From Ascidiella aspersa (taxonomy: Eukaryota), in contig OZ004614.1 in NCBI GenBank assembly GCA_963924565.1, forward strand, positions 17,918,001 to 17,982,000: a stretch of 64,000 bases of DNA, read 5' to 3'. The number at the start of each line of letters is the position of its first letter. Positions within the stretch are counted from its first letter, which is position 1. The notes beneath the pieces are model-generated. The model did not search any database. It was not told the DNA's origin and was given only the letters and a program-made list of their open reading frames with translations. Positions 61,501 to 64,000 of the stretch are shown piece by piece. Both the position numbers and the translations under genes were made by a program.

Positions 61501-63599
61501 GTTTGCTTATCGCGTTTCGGAAGTGGCACACCATAAGCAAGTAGTTCACCGACCGCTAATTGCCGCGCGCGCCCTTTTCGAGCAAATAATAAACAAATTG
61601 TTTTCTCTCGTGGCCTTAGGTTTATTGTTTTATTGTAGAAAGCAAATCGCCTGCGTTGAATTCTGCTTCGCTTATATTTGGAAAATGACTGTAGACCACA
61701 ATGCGAAACTGTATATTTGTTATTCATGTAATGAATCGGAGATTGTGAAAGTGTGATATATAAAGCGTAAACGCGCAAATAACTATGAGTTAATGAGCTT
61801 GACGACCACAATCAATTAGCAATACACTTTTCGTAACGCTTAAATTAACAACTAACCGAAAAAAAAAACTAATTGTGAGATAACTCTTTCCATGTCACTT
61901 TTCGTTTTCATTTAACAAGGCACTACTTTTTTTCTTTATTATAAGCACATGATAAGTGTATATAAATTAGTAACCAACCTTAATAATTCGCTATCTCGGG
62001 ACTGAACAGGATCAGGCGTTTGGAGATGACTTTCCTCGACACTCTTCTCATTGTTCTGCTCCTCCTGCTCTCGTTTTTCCTCCAGGAGTTGAGAGATTTC
62101 AAGTTCCTTCTCCTCGAGATCTGACTCGAGACGTACGCACTCGTCTCTCAGCGAAATCACCTGCAGAAAAATAATGTCAGTACATTCTAACCATGTCAGT
62201 ACATTCCAAATAAACGAATAGATATTTATTCGGTTTTTAAGCCCTTATAAAACGAACTTACTGGGGCTTTCCAACACTTTATCAATTCTAACCTGTTGTA
62301 CGACCGACCTTTTCGTTAACATGTGCATACATATGAATTACCGATCCTATAGGACGCAGCAACTGGCCAACTGATTTTAGAAACCTACCTTTGTCACATA
62401 AAAGCCGTAGAAATGTTACAAAACCTTGAAAAAAATAAACGATTTTGCAAAAAATGAAAAAGAATGAAAAATTAAATAGCAAATGAATAAAAAAGTGTTC
62501 ACCTGAAATTACAGCTAAGTTTTTGTTTGTTGTGTATTACATTTATCGGCAAAATTTACATTTGTCATATAATTATAAAATAAACAACACGAGTCTGACA
62601 CGAATAAGAGTCCGAGTCCGGCCCGGGGAAGTCCGACTTAGCAGCCCTGGTTTAAACTAATGATGGGTAACCGAAAAACTCCCTAAAGTGATTTCATTTA
62701 ACTATGCGAATTATTAACTAGTTTACCTTCAATGAAAACTTCTAGAATTTCCATTATTTTTTAAGCTTGGTAAACGCCACAATGCTTTACCTGGGTATTT
62801 AGCTCATCTATAGTGGCTTGCATCTGGTTCGCGGTTTGGTTGAGATCCTCGACAACATGGGACAGGTCCTCGTTCTTAATCCGTACCTCCTCCGTCTCCT
62901 CTCTTGAGTTCGCGAGACTCGTGTTCATCAGTTCTCTCTCCATCTACAAAAGGATAAACACCAGTTGATCACAAATCCTACCTTATTTTTGCTAAATGGA
63001 AACGTGAAAGCAATTTCATGTTACAGCGATAGCATTAAATTTTTACTTTATTGCGTACATGGATTTAAAAAGAATACCATATTACTAAAATTGAGACAAA
63101 CCCCATATGTTATTGTAAAGCGAATACTTCAAATACTTAAAAAAAGTTTATTAAAAATAAAATTTACAAGGTCAAATACTATTAGGCTACGTAAACTGAT
63201 TTGTTTAAAATGCACTTCTCTCAAAAATATAACTAGAAATAAAAAAAATCGAACTGTTCTTTTGAGAAAAGGGAAGAATATTTAGCAATACTAATTATTA
63301 TTTTAAATATAAACGCATAATGCGCTATATTTCAACATAACGATTGTCTAACATCATAAAATCTTGGTTTAAATAATGAAGCAATTCGTTTGAAAAGCGT
63401 GGAATGCGAACAACAAATATTCGACTTTCAAAGAATTTCTCTGACCTCCATCGCGTCCATATGCGAGGCAAACTCCGACTCATCTTTCCTCACGTTATCC
63501 AGTTCTTCCTGAAGTTCGAGGTTGCGCTTTTCGAGCAAAAGGATCTCTTCGTTTAGCTCCTCGCTGCTCATTTCGGCTCTTTGCGCTTCCGAGAGTGAC
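33513..63599 (-). CDS. large coiled-coil RIMS-binding protein family-like protein (RIMBP2/RIMBP3/TSPOAP1-like; SH3-FN3-SH3), 5' end outside window
   Basis: Minus-strand exons: 63446-63599, 62791-62943, 61979-62160, 60505-60739, 59069-59443, 56348-56467, 55617-55741, 54992-55139, 50919-51054, 50193-50360, 49615-49793, 47425-47571, 46369-46491, 45769-45952, 45540-45709, 45110-45244, 43127-44862, 42601-42820, 41635-41823, 40938-40994, 40046-40325, 39095-39339, 37880-37999, 37608-37693, 36764-37445, 36222-36314, 35279-35518, 34350-34523, 33513-33641. Phases are compatible throughout (6985 nt). RIMBP-type SH3 YDYDPAVDSPYKSHEEEVSL...G...DGF...RRGLAP and RIMBP-type FN3 ISWTPP...SNGVPVIGYEI. Confidence 0.85.
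35020..35170. mobile_element. small hAT-like MITE
   Basis: Termini CAGAGACGCCG / GGGGCGCCCATG; 8-bp TSD attgcaga/attgcaca. Confidence 0.6.
35159..35236. repeat. 3 x 26-bp tandem repeat
   Basis: ggggcg(c/t)ccatgattgcaca(t/a)gcag(c/t) at 35159, 35185 and 35211. Confidence 0.95.
35279..37445 (-). CDS. exons encoding a Ser/Pro/Arg-rich linker and a single FN3 domain
   Basis: SPTFLVIEKTMGQKSMIISWTPPVLDM/ISRSNGVPVIGYEISIDQERRVQVSGAYTNK/AILGDLDLTRNLVIEVKTVSSVGTLS. Confidence 0.85.
37880..39339 (-). CDS. exons encoding the first (divergent) SH3 domain
   Basis: RIFVAKRDYAP...DLPLVAGDTVVAIGNPDKRGDGK/LYQLAEIRGKIGYVPLAYL. Confidence 0.85.
39366..39568. mobile_element. PIF/Harbinger-like MITE
   Basis: 19-bp TIR GGTTGGTTCACACTAGACG / CGTCCAGTGTGAACCAAGC, flanked by TAA/TTA. 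Confidence 0.75.
42006..42407. mobile_element. hAT MITE with GACTC/GAGTC subterminal repeats
   Basis: TIR CAGGGCTGCGAAGTC / GACTTAGCAGCCCTG; TSD ttgaaaac/atgaaaac. Confidence 0.8.
43127..44862 (-). CDS. 1.7-kb exon; Ser/Thr/Pro-rich disordered region between coiled coils
   Basis: The 581-aa ORF in the track lies in this exon; acceptor at 44863-44864, gtcagt donor at 43126. Confidence 0.9.
48761..49026. mobile_element. degenerate hAT-type MITE, same family as 51338-51622
   Basis: Starts CAGTGGTAGGCAA; shares internal blocks (ccgggt..aa..ggatatc; aaaagctg.aaat..c.ttgttt..acaa) with 51338-51622. Confidence 0.55.
51338..51622. mobile_element. degenerate hAT-type MITE
   Basis: Starts CAGAGGTGGGAAA, ends gcgtactttgcaaaagtcta; similar to 48761-49026. 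Confidence 0.55.
59659..59972. mobile_element. hAT-type MITE with GATCGAC subterminal repeats
   Basis: TIR CAGCTGTGGCCAAC / GTTGGCTACCCTG; five gatcgac motifs clustered at both ends; TSD not clear. Confidence 0.6.
60095..60403. mobile_element. degenerate Charlie-like hAT MITE
   Basis: tggttcccaaccgggg ... aaaaaaggttgacaccact termini. Confidence 0.5.
62590..62649. mobile_element. terminal fragment of the 42006-42407 MITE family
   Basis: gagtccgagtccggccc...gtccgacttagcagccctg matches the end at 42388-42407. Confidence 0.7.
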
Positions 63600-63713
63600 C
63601 TACAAGGAATGAAAAAAATTTTTACTTTAAAATGGAAGCACAAAAATTGTCACTTGAAAGTTTTCCTGAAAGCCCGAATGTCGGCAATGAAAAAACTAAA
63701 TCAAAATGTAATC

Positions 63714-63986
63714 CAATGGTTCCCAAACATTTTGTTACAGCATAAAGAAAATAAACAGTGGCATCCGTACAAGTAATCAAAAAAGTGATTACTATCGAAG
63801 AGTGATTTACTGGAATTTCACAATAATGGATATTAAAAAAACACGCATCAACTGTGCACAAATATAGGAATATATTTCTCGCATGATTGCACTTTAATTA
63901 CAAACTATAGTGAATCACGAATCCCTACCAACATAGCACTATTTTGAAGATTAAATAATTAATAAGGCCCAGGTTGGAAACCATTA
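63714..63986. mobile_element. degenerate Charlie-like hAT MITE
   Basis: CAATGGTTCCCAAAC ... GGTTGGAAACCATTA inverted termini. Confidence 0.5.
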
Positions 63987-64000
63987 GTTAAACGACACAA

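Noticed and set aside
61302-61811. 169-aa minus-strand ORF in an intron of the RIMBP-like gene
   Set aside because: Non-ATG start, composition unlike the flanking coiled-coil exons, and the flanking exons already join in phase without it.
1-64000. CRISPR arrays, operons or other prokaryotic/phage systems
   Set aside because: The window is intron-containing animal DNA; the only short repeats are head-to-tail duplications without unique spacers.

Overview
Eukaryotic, AT-rich, short-intron animal DNA, most likely an ascidian/tunicate (inferred from gene content, intron sizes and TGACGTCA-rich exons; not proven). Three spliced protein-coding genes were reconstructed by hand from GT-AG boundaries and frame continuity. 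(1) The 3' end of an unrecognised gene built from short, all-phase-0 exons (+, <1-2963). (2) A complete Delta-type Notch ligand (+, 11 coding exons, 19009-29429, 833 aa; signal peptide-C2/MNNL-DSL-9 EGF-TM-ICD), surrounded by CpG-rich, E-box-rich putative enhancer blocks. (3) A very large, 5'-incomplete RIMS-binding-protein-like gene (-, 29 exons visible, >63599-33513, about 2,330 aa visible) with long coiled coils and a reduced SH3-FN3-SH3 tail. Non-coding features include a permuted two-piece 5S rRNA relic, a tRNA-like element between 18-bp direct repeats, several hAT and Harbinger MITEs, and a minisatellite derived from a MITE end. No CRISPR or prokaryotic system is present. The most unexpected signals are a roughly ten-fold excess of the TGACGTCA palindrome, mostly inside coding exons and in different frames; the orphan symmetric-microexon gene; unusual motifs and splice options in the Delta tail; and a duplicated poison splice acceptor in the RIMBP-like gene.
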